This document shows, piece by piece, positions 1 to 18,099 of a stretch of 64,000 nucleotides of DNA; position 1 is the stretch's first letter, and every line of letters begins with the position of its first letter. Made by a program: the position numbers and the translations under genes. This DNA comes from the human T2T-CHM13v2.0 reference genome, Homo sapiens: the NCBI GenBank assembly GCA_009914755.4, contig CP086569.2, forward strand, positions 6,528,001-6,592,000. The letters are read 5' to 3'. Under the pieces are notes generated by a model. That model ran no database searches. It had not been told where the DNA came from and was given only the letters and a program-made list of their open reading frames with translations.

Positions 1-120
1 ATACGCTTTGAAGGAAATTGTAACACTAAGTTTTAAGAAAACAGGCTTTAGCGTATTTGTAGAGAAGAGGTGAGAGAGTGAGGGAGTAAAAGGAGAGAGA
101 AGGGAAGTATAATACATATT

Positions 121-170
121 CTCCTTCAATTTATTTTATTTTATTTTATTTTTATTTCATTTTATTTATG
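121..170. repeat. A/T-rich low-complexity (TTTTA)n-like tract
   Basis: Reads ttattttattttattttatttttatttcattttattt directly. Confidence 0.6.
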
Positions 171-933
171 TTTATTGAAGTTCCTAAAAGGATTAAGAAA
201 TTTTTCTACAAAATTATGGGTGAGCTCTACTAAAGAAATGATTGAAAACAAAAAGTAGAGGTCTTTGGCTTTAACAATGTATTTTTTTATGTTGTCTCAT
301 ATTTTTGAATGATAAGAAATTATATATTTGTTCAATGTAAACAACAGAATTCTTGTTTCTGATTCACTGTCGAGAATTATCCAGAGTTTGATGACCAGTA
401 TCACAAAAACAGTATGATTCTATTTGTTTTTCCCAACTGAATATCCTAATTCATACAGTCTTAACATATGGATAACTCTGCTTGAAATCTCTCCATTTAG
501 GTCTGCCTTAAACATTTAAAAATTATCAGCTGTTTTGGAAGAGAGGACAAAATTTCAGTAGAAAATTTTTTATATAAACAAAAATTTCATTTATGAATAA
601 GTTGAATTTTAAAAAGAAAATATGTTATTGTATTGACTACTTCCTGAGGAAGAGGATCAAAATAGCTGATTAGATATTGCTAATATGTACAACTTCCATG
701 GAGAGAAAACCCAATAGCCAGTGATATTCACACTTTAAACACATTGTCTAAGAGAGAATCCTAGGGTTGAACAGACAAGTGATAAGAATAACTGAAAGCA
801 CATAATAAAAGGGCTTAAGGTAGCTTGCCCAGCCAGAGATTAAGAGAAGCTCCTAAATATGGAAAAAGAGTAAAAGAGAAATCCCCAGGGTTCCACTCTT
901 CTGCAAGAGTGTTATTGACTATGGGAGATACCC

Positions 934-2120
934 TTGATCCATGTAAGCCTCAGGCCTAACATAGGGAGAGACCTAGACATTGCACAGAGACATTGCTCCA
1001 GAAAGGGAACACATCTAGAATCCCACAGACATGAGCCCAGAGCAGCTACAGCTTGGCACGATTCTAAGAATCTACATGCTGGGATCTACTCCTGCCCAGA
1101 GGCCAGAACTGAAATGGCTGCTGCCACTGGGCCAAAAAGGGAGAGGAGAGAAGGGACACTCCCACAGACCACTAGGACAATCCTTACCCTATTGCTACAG
1201 CATACTGTAGGACCAGGGTGTGATAAGTCAACAGTCCTCACAACTTCTTACTCATGCAACTCGCCAGAGAGAAACCCTGCCCTTTCTACTCATGGGTTCA
1301 TGGCACCATCTTGAGAATTTAAGGTTAGGATGTGCTCCACACTGGGGCTGAGTCCAAACAGACATGGCTGCAGCTACCATGTGACCAAGAAAGGACAGGT
1401 GAGACCAGACTGTTAGACAAACATAAGACAATTCCCACCACTCTGCTGTGGGCTACTGTGAGACTAGGGCATGAAAAGTCTTAACTCCCCACAGCTTCTT
1501 TAGCTTCTTACCCATGCTGTTCCACCTGAGAGGCCCCTCTCCCTGGTGGTAGGCTCACAATGCACCAACCATATCATCCCACACTAGAGCATTCCTCCAG
1601 TAATGCCTGTCTGTCACAGCCAGTGTGCGAAGATACTACCAGGGCCCTAAAGAGAAGCCCCAGACCCAGGGCTCTAATATGTTATCCAGGAGCCCGGAAA
1701 TATCCTGGCCCAGCCCATCACCAATCACATCTGATCACTTCTGCCAGGGTCTGTAGTCAGACGGAGCCAATCTATTGATATTGCCACAGATGACACTCAT
1801 CCATTCATGCCACCAGCAAGCTAGAGAACTATCCTAACCAATACATCACAGCTACCAGCAACACCAACATGGGCTTCTGGTTCCCTATGTGTTCCTCCAC
1901 CACTGGTACTGCTATAACATATATCATACCAGCTGGACGGGGACCTGAGAATCCACCTAGCCACCCAGATCATTGCTCTCACTACCAGTGTCTAAACAAG
2001 CCGTCCAGTGGTCCAAGAATTGACTTTCCAGGACCCAGTAACATTGGTGCCTGTTTAAGCTGCATTGATGGCTATGAACAGGGATGCTTGATGTACCACT
2101 GCTACTGGGGGCATTAACCT
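934..2120. other. Unclassified repeat-like segment with two diverged tandem units of ~190 bp
   Basis: Internal similarity between 1090-1310 and 1370-1560 (atggctgctgccact / atggctgcagctacc; tgctacagcatactgtaggaccagggtgtgataagtc / tgctgtgggctactgtgagactagggcatgaaaagtc). Family not recognised. ORF-track peptides here look non-coding. Confidence 0.3.
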
Positions 2121-2290
2121 ACCTGGTATCACAGTCCCCAGAAAAACTTCACCATAACGTCAACTAATAACCATACCTTAAGCCACTGAGCAAATCAGAG
2201 ACACCACTGAACTTGTTTAGTACTGAAGAAATCATACAGAGATTACACAACTGCAGGTACCCAAAATCAAAGCCAAATGTCTCAAACAAT

Positions 2291-2317
2291 TGTGTGTGTG
2301 TGTGTGTGTGTGTGTGT
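2291..2317. repeat. (TG)n dinucleotide microsatellite
   Basis: tgtgtgtg... run of ~27 nt. Source of the CVCVCV peptides in the ORF track. Confidence 0.95.
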
Positions 2318-3215
2318 ACCTTCAGGAAAAAATTCTCCCCTATCAGAGCAATTTCAAAAACTTGTAAGAAGCATCTGTTATGGCAGATGTGTAGATCCTA
2401 ACATAAGGACACCAAAACAAGAAAAAGTAAGAAAATATGACATCACCAAAGGACCACAATAATTATCCAGCAACAAGTCCTCTTTTCCCCTTTCAAGGAT
2501 TTCCACAGGGACTTTTTACTGAGGATAAGATTATGACATGGTGTCAGGTTTCCCATGCACAACCTTCATTTTGGGTGAGCATTCCTGCCATCCTTAGCTC
2601 AGGGTGTCCTTCCCAGTACAGCTGTATAACCCTTTGTCTGCCTGTTTATGACCACACAACAATGATACATTACCTTCCCTGAAGCTGATTTCTGGCACCT
2701 AGAGTTAGAATCAATTTACCTTCTTTGTTCGCTGAAACTTTCAGATGGCAGTGCTGGATCTCTAGGGAAGTAACATGACTTCCCAAAAAGAGACGTGGAT
2801 TATCTTGTCCGGGATCCTATCTGGGTTGCCAGTTCTGCTACTGTCAAAGCCTGTCCCCTAAAAAAGATGGGTCTTTCCCTGTTCTTGTCATGAAGCCAAT
2901 ACAAGAAATAAAAAATGAGTGTCAAGTATTTCAGGCTTTATAGCCAGGAAATTGAGAAATGAGAGCATGGTTCACAAATGAAATTCTCTACTAGTGAACA
3001 GAAGGGGGTTAAAATACATTATTTCTCTAATGAAAGGACTGACATTAAAAGTAAGGAGAAGAACATCATGTCTTTTCAGAAAGTGGGCTTTAAACTTCTC
3101 AGAACTGTAGTTTTGCCTCACTTGTGATTGGTTCTAGTCATTGCATGGGTGATTAGTCACCTGTTGTATCGCTGGTAGAAATGTAATTTTGCATTAAAAT
3201 GAGGTTATGATAAGG

Positions 3216-5591
<2,376 letters not shown>

Positions 5592-7932
5592 ACTGGGATG
5601 CAAGGCTGGTTCAACATATGCAAATCAAAAGATATATTCCATCATGTAAACAGAACCAATGACAAAAACCACATGATTATCTCAACAGATGCAGAAAAGG
5701 CCTTCGACAAAATTCAACAGCCCTTCATGCTAAAAACTCTCCATAAGCTAGGCAATGATGGAACATATCTCAAAATAATAAGAGCTACTTATGACAAAAC
5801 CACAGGCAATATCATACTGAATGGCCAAAAACTGGAAGCATTCCCTTTTAAAACTGGCACAAGACAAGGAAACCCTCTCTCACCACTCCTATTCAACATA
5901 GTATTGGAAGTTCTGGCCAGGGCAATCAGGCAAGATAAATAAATAAGGACTATTGAATTAGGAAAAGAGGAAGATAAATTGTCTCTGTTTGCAGATGACA
6001 TGATTGTATATTTAGAAAACCCCATTGTCTTAGCCCAAAATCTCCTTAAACTGATAAGCAACTTCAGGATACAAAATCATTGTGCAAAAATCACAAGCAT
6101 TCCTATATACCAATAATAGAGAAACAAAGAGCCAAATCATGAGTGAACTACCATTTACAATTGCTACAAAAAGAATAAAATACCTAGGAATACAACTTAC
6201 AAAGGATGAGAAGGACCTCTTCAAGGAGCACTACAACCCACAGCTCAAGAAAATAAAAGAGGACACAAACAAATGGGAAAACATTCCATACTCATAGAGA
6301 GGAAGAATCAGTATCATGAAATTTGCCATACTGCCCAAAGTAATTTATAGATTCAATGCTATCTATCCCCATCAAGCTACCAATGACTTTCTTCACAGAA
6401 TAGGAAAAAAACTAGTTTAAATTTCATATAGAACCAAAAAAGACTGTGCATAGCTAAGACAATCCTAAGCAAAAAGAACAATGTTGGAGGCATCACGCTA
6501 CCTGACTTTCGACTATACTGCAAGGCTATAGTAACAAAAACAGCATGGTATTGGTACCGGTACCAAAACAGATATATAGGCCAATGGAACAGAACAGAGG
6601 CCTCAGAAATACACCACATATCTACAACCATCTGACCTTTGACAAACCTGACAAAAACAAGCAATGGGGGAAAAGATTTCCTATTTAATAAATAGTATTG
6701 GGAAAACTGGGTAGCCATATGCAGAAAGTGGAAACTGGATTCTTTACTTACACCTTACACAAAAATTAACTCAAAATGGATTAAAGACTTAAACATAAGA
6801 CCTAAAACCATAGAAACCCTAGAAGAAAACCTAGGCAATACCATTCAGGACATAGGCAAGGGTAAAGCCTTCACTACTAATGCACTAAAAGCAATGACAA
6901 CAAAAGCCAAAATTGACAAATGGGATGTAATTAAACTAAAGAGTTTCTCCCCAGCAAAAGAAACAGTCGTCTGAGTGAACAGGCAACCTACAGAATGGGA
7001 GAAAATTTTTGCAATTTATCCATTTGACAAAGGGCTAGTATCTAGAATCTACAATCAATTTAAACAAATTTACAAGAAAAAAAAACAACCCCATGAAAAA
7101 GTGGGCAAAGGATATGAACAGACACTTCTCAAAAGGAGACATTTATGCAGCCAACAAACATATGAAAAAAAGCTCATCATCACTGGTCATTAGAGAGATG
7201 CAAATCAAAACCACAATGAGATACCATCTCACGCCAGTTAGAATGGTGATCATTAAAAAGTCAGGAAACAACAGATGCTGAAGAAGATGTGGAGAAATAC
7301 AAAGGTTTTTACACTGTTGGTGGGAATGTAAATTAGTTCATACATTGTGGAAGACTGTGTGGTGATTTCTCAAGGATCTAGAACTAGAAATACCATTTGA
7401 CCCAGCAATCCCACTACTGGGAATACACCCAAAGGATTATAAATCATTCTACTATAAAGACACATGCTCACGTATGTTTATTGAGGCACTGTTCACAATA
7501 GCAAAGACTTGGAACCAACCCAAGTGCCCATCAATGATAGACTAGATAAAAAAAATGTGGCACATATATGCCATGGAATACCATGCAGTTATAGAAAGTG
7601 GTGAGTTCATGTCCTTGGCAGGAACATGATGATGCTGGAAATCATCATTCTCAGCAAACTGACACAAGAATAGAAAACCAAACATTGCATGTTCTCACAC
7701 ATAAGTGGGATTTGAACAATGAAAACACAGGACACAGGGAGGGGAACATCACACATCGGGGCCTGTTGGGGTGGGGAATAGGGGAGGGATAGTATTAGGA
7801 GAAATATCTAATGTAGGTGATGAGTTGATGAGTGCAAAAAACCATCGTGACACGTGTATACCTGTGTAGCAAATCTGCACATTCTGCACATGTACCCCAG
7901 AACTTAAAGTATAATAATAATAAAAAAGAAAA
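5592..7932 (+). mobile_element. LINE-1 fragment (older, L1PB/L1MA-like), 5'-truncated in ORF2 RT domain, through 3'UTR and A-rich tail
   Basis: Plus ORF 5598..5942 (PGMQGWFNI...[13 protein letters not shown]...[38 protein letters not shown]) is the L1 RT. 6082..6297 ([19 protein letters not shown]) and 6975..7281 ([13 protein letters not shown]...[19 protein letters not shown]) continue ORF2. The 3'UTR (ctgcacatgtaccccagaacttaaagtataataataataaaaaag) ends near 7932. More diverged from the L1PA consensus than the adjacent minus copy. Confidence 0.9.
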
Positions 7933-8382
7933 GCTGATGAAGTGAGGGAGATTTTTATAAGGAGAAACACTGATGGCTCTTTTAAAGATTTGCTTTTTCT
8001 TGATATAAATTATTCAGTGCATAATGGAGATTCGTTACTGTGAACTATTGCAATAATGATTGAACTCAGCAAATTCATTTACACCATTGTTCAAATAGGA
8101 ACTTAGAGTCAGGCTAATTTACCTTAAGATTTTTCTTCTTCCTCCTCTTTTCTATCCTTGAGTTTCCTCTGGGTAGTTCTTACACTGGGCCACTGTGTAG
8201 CGCTCCTGCTTGTGCAACTTGCCATATAGGTAGGGTTGCCAGATTAAATACAGGATGCCCAGTCACAAGTGAATTTCAGATAAACAATGATTTGTTCATT
8301 ATGTGTCAGATATTGCATGAGGATATGCTTATACTAGGAAATTGTTCTTTATCTGAAGTTAACATTAAAAAAAACTTTTTCA

Positions 8383-8796
8383 GTGATAGACTGGATTAAG
8401 AAAATGTGGCACATATACACCATGGAATACTATGCAGCCATAAAAAAAGGATGAGTTTCTGTCCATGGATGAAGCTGGAAACCATCGTCTGCAAACTATC
8501 ACAAGATCAGAAAACCAAACACTGCATGTTCTCACTCATAAGTGGGAGGTGAACAATTAGAACACATGGACACAGGGAGGGGAGCATCACACACTGGGGC
8601 CTGTCAGGGGCTGGGGGGCTGGGGGGGGATAATATTAGGAGAAATACCTAATTTAGGTGGCAGGTCGAGGGGTGCAGCAAACCACCATGGCATGTGTATA
8701 CCTATGCAAAAAACCTACACGTTCTGCCCGTGTAATCCAGAGGTATAATATAAATAAATAAAGTAAATAAATAATAAATAAATAGAAATAAAATCT
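8383..8796 (+). mobile_element. LINE-1 3'-end fragment (L1PA-like) with A-rich tail
   Basis: Reads gatagactggattaagaaaatgtggcacatatacaccatggaatactatgcagccataaaaaa...gttctcactcataagtgggag, then AAATAAATA-type tail. ORF 8542..8748 is the L1 3'UTR G-rich translation. Confidence 0.85.
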
Positions 8797-10375
<1,579 letters not shown>

Positions 10376-10715
10376 AAAATGCATTCAGAGGGGAAAATTG
10401 ATTAATAGTCTGCTTCATAGAATGCCCTGACATTGAACTTACTAGACAAAGACTTAACATTATCTATCTAAAATATAACCAGAGGCCTAAAGAAAATCAT
10501 AAAGAAAAATACTGAATGAAACAAAAACAATGTATTATCAAATACAGAATATCTCAATAAAGGAATGAAAGTTATGAAAACAAACAAAAGTCAAGAGTTG
10601 AAATAAAAATTTCACCAGAATGATTCAACACCTTTTAACAGATCAAAGAAATAACCGATAAACATGAAGGTAGTCTTTGATATTGTTCATTTTGAAGAGC
10701 AGAAGGGAAATAGGA

Positions 10716-11010
10716 TAGCTGGGTGCACTTATTCATATCTGAAATCTGAACACTTTGAGAAACTCTGGTTAGAGGAGCATTTGAGCCCAGAAGTTCTAGA
10801 CAAGCCTGGGCGATATAGCAAGAACCCATTGCTACAAGAAATATAAAAATTAGCCAAGCATTGTGGTACACATCTGTATTTCTAGCTCCTAGAAAGGCTG
10901 AGACAGGAGGATCACTCAAGCCTACGGTTGAGGGTTACAGTGAGCTATAATTGCACAACTACATACCAGCCTGGATGACAGACTGAAACCCATCTCTTAA
11001 ATACAAAAAA
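10716..11010 (+). mobile_element. Old, diverged Alu (AluJ/FLAM-like)
   Basis: Reads gctgggtgcactt...agaagttctagacaagcctgggcgatatagcaagaacc...aaaaattagccaagcattgtggtacacatctgtatttctagctcctagaaaggctgagacaggaggatcactcaagcc...ccagcctggatgacagactgaaacccatctc. Recognisable dimeric Alu architecture with many substitutions. Confidence 0.7.
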
Positions 11011-11845
11011 AAGAAAACCAGTATGGAATGAAGAAATATGAGCAAGGGCTGAGACACTTGTAATACCATTAAGAATACAACCACTCACATAATAAGAGTA
11101 ACAGAAGGAACATAACAATATAAACAGCCAGAAAATATTTCAAAAACAAAAGCTAAAAACTCTTCAGATTTCAAGAAATGCATAAATCTACAAATATACG
11201 TTCAATGAATCACAAAAAAGATGATGCTAAAGACAAAGAAACATTATACTCAAACTGTCAAAAGTCAATTAAGAAGAGTCTTGAAAGCATCAAACTGACT
11301 CATCGCACACACACAAAAATCCTCAATTCAATTAACAGACAGTATCACTTCATAAACCATAGAGGTCAGAAATCATTGGCATAACATATTTAAAATACTA
11401 AAACAAATTGTTAATATCAATGGAGAATTTAATAGTTCACAAAATAGTTCTTCAAATATGAAGGAGAAAAAGACATTACAGATTAAAAGAAAAATGAGTT
11501 TGTCACTGCAGACCTACCATATTAGAAATGCTAATGAGAAAATATACTAGACAGCAACTCAAAGCCACATGAAAAAATAAATAAAAATGAAGGAAAACAT
11601 CACCATGAGTAACTGCAAAAACATAATATTGCATTTTTTGCTTTTAATTTATTTTTTGTATTAAAAGCAAATGATTCAAACAATAATTACAAATTTATAT
11701 TGATGAACATACAATGTCAAATGTTTTAAGATGTAAATTTGTGATAATAGCAACATTAAGGAGTGCTGTGTTATAAAAGATTTTGTTGTTTTCTGCTATT
11801 GAAAGTAAGCTAGTATTACCTATTTTTTGTTTTTGTTTTTGGGGT

Positions 11846-12655
11846 GTTATTCTTTTTTTTTCTTTTACTTTAAAATCTTTGATACATGTGCAGAACATGT
11901 TACACATGTGCCCTGGTGGCTTGCTAAACCTATTAACCCATTATCTAAGTTTTAAGCCCTGTATGCCTTAGCTGTTTATCCTAATGCTCTCCCTCCATTT
12001 GCCCCCGACTGGCCCCACTGTGTGTCTTCCCCTCCCTGTGTCCATGTGTTCTAATCGTTCAACTCCAACTTATGAGTGAGAACATGCAGTGTTCGATTTT
12101 CTGTTACTGTGTTAGTTTGCTGAGAATGATGATTTCCAGCTTCATCTATGTCCCTGCAATTCCTTTTTATGGTTGAATAGTATTTCATGGTATATACGTG
12201 CCACATTTCCTTTGTCCAGTCTATTATTGTTGGGCATTTGGGTTGGTCCCATGTCTTTGCTGTTGTAAATAGTGCTTCAATAATTATATGTGTGCATATG
12301 TCTTTATAGTAGAATAATTTTTATTCCTTTGGGTATATACCCAATAATGGAATTGCTGGGTCATATGGTATTTCTGGCTGTAAGGTATTTCTGCCCCACT
12401 ACACTGTCTTGCACAATGGCCAAACTAATTTACATTTCCTCCAATAATGTAAAAGCCTTCCTATTTCTCCACAGTCTCACCGGATCTTTTGATCTTGACA
12501 TTTAATAATCACCATTCTGACTGGCATGAGATGGTATCTCATTGTGGTTTTTATTTGCATTTATTTGCATTTCTCTAATGATCAATGATGTTGAGCTTTT
12601 TTCATATGTCTGTTGGTTGCATAAATATCTTCTTTTGAGAAATGCCTGTTCATAT
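11846..12655 (-). mobile_element. LINE-1 3'-end fragment (5'-truncated), older primate subfamily
   Basis: Antisense L1 3'UTR/ORF2 end: ttttactttaaaatctttgatacatgtgcagaacatg...ccaactccaacttatgagtgagaacatgc...gtatatacgtgccacatttcctttgtccagtctattattgttgggcatttggg. Minus ORF 12502..12744 ([27 protein letters not shown]) is ORF2 C-terminus-like. PolyT (tail) at the left end. Confidence 0.85.
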
Positions 12656-12913
12656 AAACAAAATTCTGCGGGTATAAACAAGTTCACTAAGATTTGAAAG
12701 AAATTATTTAGCTTTTTTTCTGTAGGTTGAAGCATTAAAATCATACTGATATGGGGCCAGAATCTGGACCCATGTGTCTGAATAACAGAGTTTTCTTAGG
12801 AAATTGATCTGCTGTTTGATGGAAAATTGTAACGGGTTCTAAAAAGTTTATGAAAATTTTACCTTATGGTCAAACTAATTAAAACTCGATGGAAATATAA
12901 AATTTTATTTTAA

Positions 12914-13220
12914 GGCCAAGTGCAGTGGCTCATGCCTGTAATCCTAGCACTTTGGGAGACTGAGGTGGGTGGAACACCTGAGGTCAGGGGTTCAAGACCA
13001 GCCTGGGTAACATGGTGAAAACCTGTCTCTACAAAATACAAAAATTAGCTGGCTGTGGTGGTGTGCACCTATAGTCCCAGCTACACCAAAGGCTGGGGCA
13101 GGAGAATCATCTGAACCCAGGAGGTGAAGGTTGCAGTGAGCTGAGGTAGTGCCCCTGCACTCCACTCTAGGTAACAGAGTGAGGCTCTGTCTCAAAAAAA
13201 AAAAAAAAAAAAAAAAAAAA
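12914..13220 (+). mobile_element. Alu SINE with long A-tail
   Basis: Reads ggccaagtgcagtggctcatgcctgtaatcctagcactttgggag...ctctgtctc plus ~30 A. Confidence 0.95.
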
Positions 13221-13249
13221 GATTATATTTATAGAAATAAAAAAAAATA

Positions 13250-13555
<306 letters not shown>

Positions 13556-13826
13556 CTATTTAAAAAAATAACTTAAAAAACTAACTTTAACATCAAAGAT
13601 GCACTAACGAAAACATGAAATTTAGTTTTCTCTTTTGAAAAAGATTTTTATGTAATACTAAAACATAATAAAAGGTGTTTATCCATTTGGGTAAATGGCA
13701 GGGAAAAAAGGGGAGGAGAGAAGAGAGAGAGATTCGGTTGGCCTCATGCTATCTTCTTTGGGTATCATTGTTTGGAAAGTTAAGTCCTCTATCAGAGTAA
13801 AGGTTTTTCTGCTTAAAAAATTTTTG

Positions 13827-14132
<306 letters not shown>

Positions 14133-14161
14133 TTATCGTTTGGCCAAATGAAAGAGTCACA

Positions 14162-14333
14162 GTGATTTGGGAATGGTGGTACATGCCTATAGTCCCAGCT
14201 ACACAGTACACTAAGGTGGGAACATGCCCTGAGCACAGGAGATTGAGGCTGCAGTGAACTGTAATAGCACCACTGCACACTGGCCTGGGTGACAGAGCAA
14301 TACCCTGATTCAAAAAAAAAAAAGAGCATTCCC
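14162..14333 (+). mobile_element. Partial Alu (right monomer) with A-tail
   Basis: Reads gaatggtggtacatgcctatagtcccagctac...gcaccactgcacactggcctgggtgacagagcaataccctgattcaaaaaaaaaaa. Confidence 0.8.
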
Positions 14334-15149
14334 TCTGTTGTGGAAGAGTTCATTTCCTGTTGGCTGCAGGACTCAGGGCACTGGTTTCTTGCTAGCTGCT
14401 GGCTGGGGGGTTCCTGGGGCTGCCTTTTTTTCCTTGCTACATAGATGTTTGCTTCTTCAAGAGCATGTCTCTGGGAACCTTATCACGGGAGTGGCATCCC
14501 ATCTCCTCTGCCATATTCTCCTTGTTAGAAGCAAAACATAGGACCTACCCACAATTAAGAGGCCAGGATCCCACAAAAGGACAAGGATCATGAAGACCCC
14601 TGCCCAACCTGCCAAGCCTGTTCCATATACCTTGGGGTTGGGAGAAATGAGATAAGAAATAGTTAAAAAGCCAGCAGCATGGGAAATTTTGCTCCTTCAC
14701 AAGTTGGCCCACATTCACTCACCAATTCTCAGTCATCTGTTTAGACCTTTCATCTCAACAACCTGGAGCACTCACTGTTTCCCTAGAGCTTTAGGTGAAG
14801 ACCATGAAACAAGATCAAGAGAAAGACTGGTTTAAGTATCACTTAGTTATCTTCCTCCACTTGCAATTTTCAGCCCCAAAATAACTTTGAAGGAAAAAAA
14901 TCCCAGATTATTTACATATGCTCTCCATTTTTAACTACTGTTCTGTTTAAAACATTTAATATCCTCAGAAGCCTCATTAGAGTCGATTTAATTCATAGCA
15001 AGATATTGTATGTATTTTTGCAGCTATTAATGTCTGCTTAGGGAACTTTTGTTTTCACCTGAACTTTTAGAAGAAAGTTAAGCAAAATCAGTGTGCCTGG
15101 CTGACTTGTCACTGGTGGTGCTAGGTTCTTAATAATAAAATGGAGCTAA

Positions 15150-15440
15150 ATGGACTTCCTCACATCAGCCAATAGGCTGGAAGACGAAACCAGAGACTTC
15201 CTTGAGGAGGTCTTTCCTTCTACGTGGCCTAATTGCGACCCAAACTCCTCATGTGAGAAGAGAGCTTTAGACAATTTTCACTGGTATCTCCTTGCAGGCA
15301 TCAAGAGAGCCGCTCGGAAACCCATAAACTTGTCTAAGATGACTGAAGTTGTCCAGGGGCCTGAAGAGTCACCAGGAGCATTTTAGAACAACTCCAGGAT
15401 GTTGAATGCTTGCATCCTGCAGTGAGGGAAGAGAGAGACC
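15150..15440 (+). pseudogene. ERV gag capsid remnant
   Basis: ORF 15150..15386: [37 protein letters not shown] matches the conserved gamma-retroviral CA segment (...LLAGLKNAARKPTNLSKV...QGP.ESPSAFLERL). Confidence 0.75.
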
Positions 15441-15999
15441 CTCTCATATTGTTTTATATTGCTTTATACTAGCACCTGTTTTAAGAAAAAAGCAAGGAAG
15501 TGAAATCAAAGGCAGCAGCCTGGTGCCAGGCACCAGACCCAAAACCAGGCCTGGGCCTGCCTGGCCTAAACCTAGTTATTAAAAATCAACTCATGACTTA
15601 GAACCCAATGTTATCCATAGATTCCAGACATTGTATAAAAGAACATTGTTAAACTCCCTGCTGTGTTCTGTTTCACTCTGACCACGAGTGCATGCAGCCC
15701 CATCGTGTATCCCCCAGATTGCTCAATGAATCACGACCCTTTCATGTGAAATCTTTAGTGTTGTGAGCCCTTAGAAGAGACAGAAATTGTGCACTTGAAG
15801 AGCTCAAATTTTAAGACAGTAGCTTGCTGATGCTCCCAGCTGAATAAAGCCCTTCCTTCTACAACTCCGTGTCTGAGAGGTTTTGTCTGTAGCTTCTCCT
15901 GCTACAGCAGTATCAGAGTTTACTGTTAGATCAGCCTCTTTTGACTTTCTCTTCCATAAGGTGTTTAAATCTAGCTACTTTACTCCCTGATCCAAACTT

Positions 16000-17640
16000 C
16001 ACTACACCTGTCCATGACTGCCAGGAACTGTTAGAAACTAGGGAAACTGGCTGACCTGATCTCCAAGAAGTGTCCCTAAAGAAGGCAGATGCCAGCATGT
16101 TTATAAATGGTAGCTGCTTCCTCGAACAGGGAGTACGAAAGGCTTGTTCAGCCGTTACTACAGAGAGATAGTCTGTAAGCCCAAGCTCTACCAGCTGGCA
16201 CCTCAGCTCAGAGAGCTGAGTCGGTTGCCCTCACACAGGCTCTCTGATGAAGTAAAGACAAATGTATTAACATTTACACTAACAGTAGATATGCATTCGT
16301 TACTGTGCATTCGTTACTGAGCCTTCTATCAAGAGCATAGGCTACTCACCTCAGCAGGAAAGACTACCAAAAACAAAGAAGAAATTCTAGCCCTTCTTAA
16401 AGTTGTATGGCTCTGTCAGCAGGTGGCTGTAATTCACTGCAAAGGACATCAAAGAGAAGACACCGCCATTGCCCGTGGTAACCAGACAGCAGATTCTGCA
16501 GCATGTGAGGCAGTATGACTTCCAGTCATGCCTCTAACCTTATTGCCTGCCATATCTTTTCCACAGCCTGACTTACCGATCCCCTATACACAGCAGAAGA
16601 AATAAAACTGGCTTCAGATCTCCAGGCCAATAAAAATCAGAAAGGTTGGTGGATATTTCCTGACTCCAGAATCTTCATACCACAAGCTCGCCGGGAAACT
16701 TTAATCATTCATCTGCATTCTACCACCCATTTAGGAGGAGCAAAACTAGCCCAGCTCCTAAGGAGCCGTTTCAAGATCCCTCACCTTGAGAACGTAGCAG
16801 ATCAAGCAGCTCTCTGGTGTATGGTGTGCACTCAGGCAAAGCCCTAAACCCAGCTCAGGCCACAGCCTCTGAGGAAACTCACCAGGAGAAAGGTAGGAAA
16901 TTGACTTTAGAGAGATAAAACCATACCAGGCTAGGTACAAATACCTTCTGGTACTAGTAGACACTTTCTCCAGATAGACTGAGGCATTTGCTACCAAAAA
17001 TGAGACTGCCACCACAATAGTTAGGTATTTACTCAATGAAATCATCCCTCGATATAGGCTGCCTGCTGCCATAAGTTCCAATAATAAACTGACCTTCACC
17101 TTGTCCATAGCTCAGTCAGTCAGTAAAGCATCAAACATTCAATAGAAGCTCTATTGTGCCTATTGACCCCAGAGCTCTGGACAGGTAGAACGCATGAATC
17201 ACACCCTAAAAAGTACTCTTACAAAATTAATCTTAGAGACCAGTGAGAATTAGGTAAGACTCCTTCCTTTAGACCTTCTTAGAGTAAAATGCACTCCTTA
17301 CCAGGCTGGGTTTTTACCTTTTGAAATCATGTATGGGAAGGCACCGCCTATCTTGCCTAAGCTAAGGGACACTCATTTAGCAGAAATCTCACAAGCTAAT
17401 TTATTACAGTACCTACAGTCTCTCCAAAAAAGATGTGAGATATCATCCAGCCACTTGTCTGGGGAGCTCATTCCAATCCAGGTCCTGACAGGATGGGGCC
17501 CTGCCACTCATTCCAGCTGGGTGACCTGGTGTTTGTTACAAAGTTCCAGAAAGAAGGATACACTCCTGCTTGGAAAAGACCTCATACTGTCATCCTCACC
17601 ACACCTATGGGTCTGAAGGTGGATTCCAGCTTGGATTCAT
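16000..17640 (+). pseudogene. ERV pol remnant: RNase H C-terminal region and integrase
   Basis: HCKGHQ motif (aattcactgcaaaggacatcaa), IN zinc-finger region, then YKYLLVLVDTFSR.TEAFATKNETA...CAYWPQSSGQVERMNHTLK...PYQAGFLPFEIMYGKAPPI (ORF 17329..17616 and neighbours), with frameshifts and stops. Confidence 0.8.
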
Positions 17641-18099
17641 CACTCCCATATCAAAAAAGCCAGCAAAGGACAGCAGGAAACATAAGTTCCCAAGCCTAGG
17701 CCAAGCCCCTAAAATTGTGTCTAAGTCAAGTGAAGCCATTAGATTAATTCTTTTTATTTACCTCTCTTGTCTGTTTCCACCTGTTATGTCCTCTGCGCCT
17801 TCCTGTTCTTTTCTCCTCACTTCTTTCACAAGACGTGTATTTGCAAACCCTACGTGGAAGGCAGGAACCTCCAAGGAAGTTTCTTTTGCAGTTGATTTAT
17901 GTGCTTTGTTTCCAGAACCTACCCATACCCACAAAGACCAATGCAACCTGCTGGTCATAGGAGCAGGAAACTTCAACCTTGCAGCAGGATTTAGACACTC
18001 CAGGAGCCAGACTGGATGTGGGAGCTCCAAAGGTGCAGAAAAAGGACCCCAAAATGTTGACTTTTACCTCTGTCCTGGAAATCACCCTGACTCTAGTTG

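Noticed and set aside
5592-7932. Considered calling 3216-7932 a single twin-primed (5'-inverted) L1 insertion
   Set aside because: The inverted and direct arms overlap by >2 kb in L1 coordinates and differ in divergence from the young L1 consensus. The minus arm also lacks a 3' end, so this is not a single canonical twin-priming event.
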